Shown: positions 62,790 to 64,000 of the stretch, piece by piece
How the letters are laid out: every line of letters starts with the position of its first letter
How positions within the stretch are numbered: the stretch's first letter is position 1
NCBI GenBank assembly: GCA_050633745.1
Contig: JBOEHD010000029.1
Coordinates: 276 to 64,275, forward strand
DNA length: 64,000 bases
Source of the DNA: Acidimicrobiales bacterium
Lineage (GTDB): Bacteria > Actinomycetota > Acidimicrobiia > Acidimicrobiales > SZUA-35
Direction: 5' to 3'
Translations under genes and position numbers: made by a program
Notes under the pieces: model-generated
Seen by the model: only the letters and a program-made list of their open reading frames with translations
Databases searched by the model: none
What the model was told of the DNA's origin: nothing

Positions 62790-63986
62790 TTGAATGGCGC
62801 CCTCGGCCGGAGGGAGTTCATAGCGCTGGTCTCGGCGTTGATCGCCACCACGGCGTTGTCGATCGATCTGGTGTTACCAGCGTTCGGCGAAATCCGCGAA
62901 GCGTATGACATCTCAGCCGATTCAAATTCGGTGACCTGGGTCATTACCGCCTTCTTCATCGGCATGGCGATCGGCCAACCGATCTACGGACCACTCACCG
63001 ACCGATTCGGCAGGCGGGCCACGCTCTACTTCGGGCTAACACTGCACGCCGCAGCGGCAATCGCCGCCGCGCTCGCCCCGTCACTCACCTTCATGATCAT
63101 CGCCAGACTGATCTGGGGTGTCGGGTCTGCTGGCATTCGAGTCACCGCCACCGCAATGGTCCGAGATCGCTATCAGGGTTCAGAGATGGCCAGGGCCATG
63201 TCGTTCATCATGAGCGTGTTCATGATCGCTCCGGTCGTGGCCCCGACGTTAGGTGCGCTCATCCTCACCGTTGGATCGTGGCGATGGACCTTCGCCGCCG
63301 GCGCGCTGGTGGCCTGCATAGCGGGAATCTGGAGTCTCAGAATGCCCGAGACACTCAGCCCCGATCAACGAACCGAGCTGCGGTTTGGCCCGGTCCTCGA
63401 AGCGGCCAAAACCGTGATCGGTACCAAGCAGACACTCGGCTACACACTGGCCCAGACCTTCGCCATGGGTGGCTTTCTGTCGTTCATTGCCAGCAGCGAA
63501 TTCATCTTCAGCGACCTCTACGACCAGAAAGATCGTTTCCCCCAACTGTTCGGGCTGGTCGCATCGACGATGGCGGTCGGCACCCTGACCAACGCCCGGT
63601 TGGCCAACCGGGTCGAGCTGGACAAGCTGATTCGCCGCAGCCTCACCGCCTTCGTTGGCTTCTCCGCGCTGATGTCGGTCCTCGCGCTAACGAACGATGG
63701 ACTACCTCCCCTTTGGCTCTTTGTCGGCAGCCTCCTGTTGATCGTTGCCACGCAGGCCATCCTGGTCCCAAACTTCTCGGCTATGGCCTTGGCCCCCGTC
63801 GGACGCATCGCAGGCATGGCATCAGCCATTACCGGCACGATATTTACCGGCGGTGGCGCCATCCTGGGCTCGATCCTCGACAGAGCCATCACTACTACCG
63901 TCACCCCGCTGGCAGTCGGCTTTACCGTCTACGGAACTATCTCGCTACTGTTCGTCCTGCGGACTCAACGAGCGACCGCGGCCTGA
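62790..63986 (+). CDS. MFS transporter, Bcr/CflA-like drug-resistance subfamily (12 TM)
   Basis: 398 aa. ALSIDLVLPAFGEI, GQPIYGPLTDRFGRR (motif A) and 12 hydrophobic spans fit the subfamily. TTG start at 62790. Confidence 0.85.
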   Translation: MNGALGRREFIALVSALIATTALSIDLVLPAFGEIREAYDISADSNSVTWVITAFFIGMAIGQPIYGPLTDRFGRRATLYFGLTLHAAAAIAAALAPSLTFMIIARLIWGVGSAGIRVTATAMVRDRYQGSEMARAMSFIMSVFMIAPVVAPTLGALILTVGSWRWTFAAGALVACIAGIWSLRMPETLSPDQRTELRFGPVLEAAKTVIGTKQTLGYTLAQTFAMGGFLSFIASSEFIFSDLYDQKDRFPQLFGLVASTMAVGTLTNARLANRVELDKLIRRSLTAFVGFSALMSVLALTNDGLPPLWLFVGSLLLIVATQAILVPNFSAMALAPVGRIAGMASAITGTIFTGGGAILGSILDRAITTTVTPLAVGFTVYGTISLLFVLRTQRATAA

Positions 63987-64000
63987 GATCCAGCCCCTTC

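Overview
GC-rich, densely coding window that looks like an Actinomycetota chromosome (by-eye impression; phylum not verified). I found no rRNA, tRNA, CRISPR array, transposase or integrase. All calls rest on motif-level reading of the supplied translations and on manual inspection of junctions and intergenic DNA; no searches were run.

Gene order:
- 0.2-8.2 kb, minus strand: a PTS sugar operon. It holds a mannitol-class EIIC, a PRD regulator, Enzyme I, a membrane protein, 1-phosphofructokinase and a 606-aa zinc dehydrogenase.
- 8.4-18.9 kb: housekeeping and accessory genes. These are a solute-binding-like protein, a kinase-fold protein, zwf, gnd, an MlrC-like M81 peptidase, a DHA2 MFS transporter, a PIG-L deacetylase with an inserted cNMP-binding domain, and a MOCOS-like class V PLP enzyme.
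- 18.9-19.04 kb: a 22/44-bp tandem hairpin repeat array.
- 19.1-34.4 kb: the standout locus. Five very large ORFs (853, 1178, 1034, 1423 and 586 aa; 5,074 aa in total) are joined by 1-4 nt stop/start overlaps. Only the first has a recognisable catalytic signature (PhoD-like metallophosphoesterase). The other four have no family I can name, no P-loop, no signal peptide and no phage or toxin hallmark. This is my candidate for an undescribed multi-protein system.
- 34.4-36.2 kb: a small GNAT-like gene and a convergent secreted SGNH hydrolase.
- 36.3-41.9 kb and 55.1-59.6 kb: two paralogous cassettes, each with an ECF sigma factor, a single-pass low-complexity anti-sigma-like protein and a secreted protein with a three-fold repeat.
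- 42-45.8 kb: a MacB/FtsX-type ABC pair, and a TetR gene with a carotenoid-cleavage oxygenase.
- 45.8-54.7 kb: a lipid-like biosynthetic cluster. It holds a free-standing KS, an AT-DH-ER-KR-ACP megasynthase, an alpha-oxoamine synthase, a type II thioesterase and an SRPBCC protein.
- 59.6-64 kb: a TetR gene with a small membrane protein, a sucrose-phosphorylase-family enzyme and a Bcr/CflA-type MFS transporter.

Several palindromic operator candidates and two hairpin terminators are visible in intergenic DNA. Many long antisense ORFs in the track are GC-driven shadow ORFs and were rejected.
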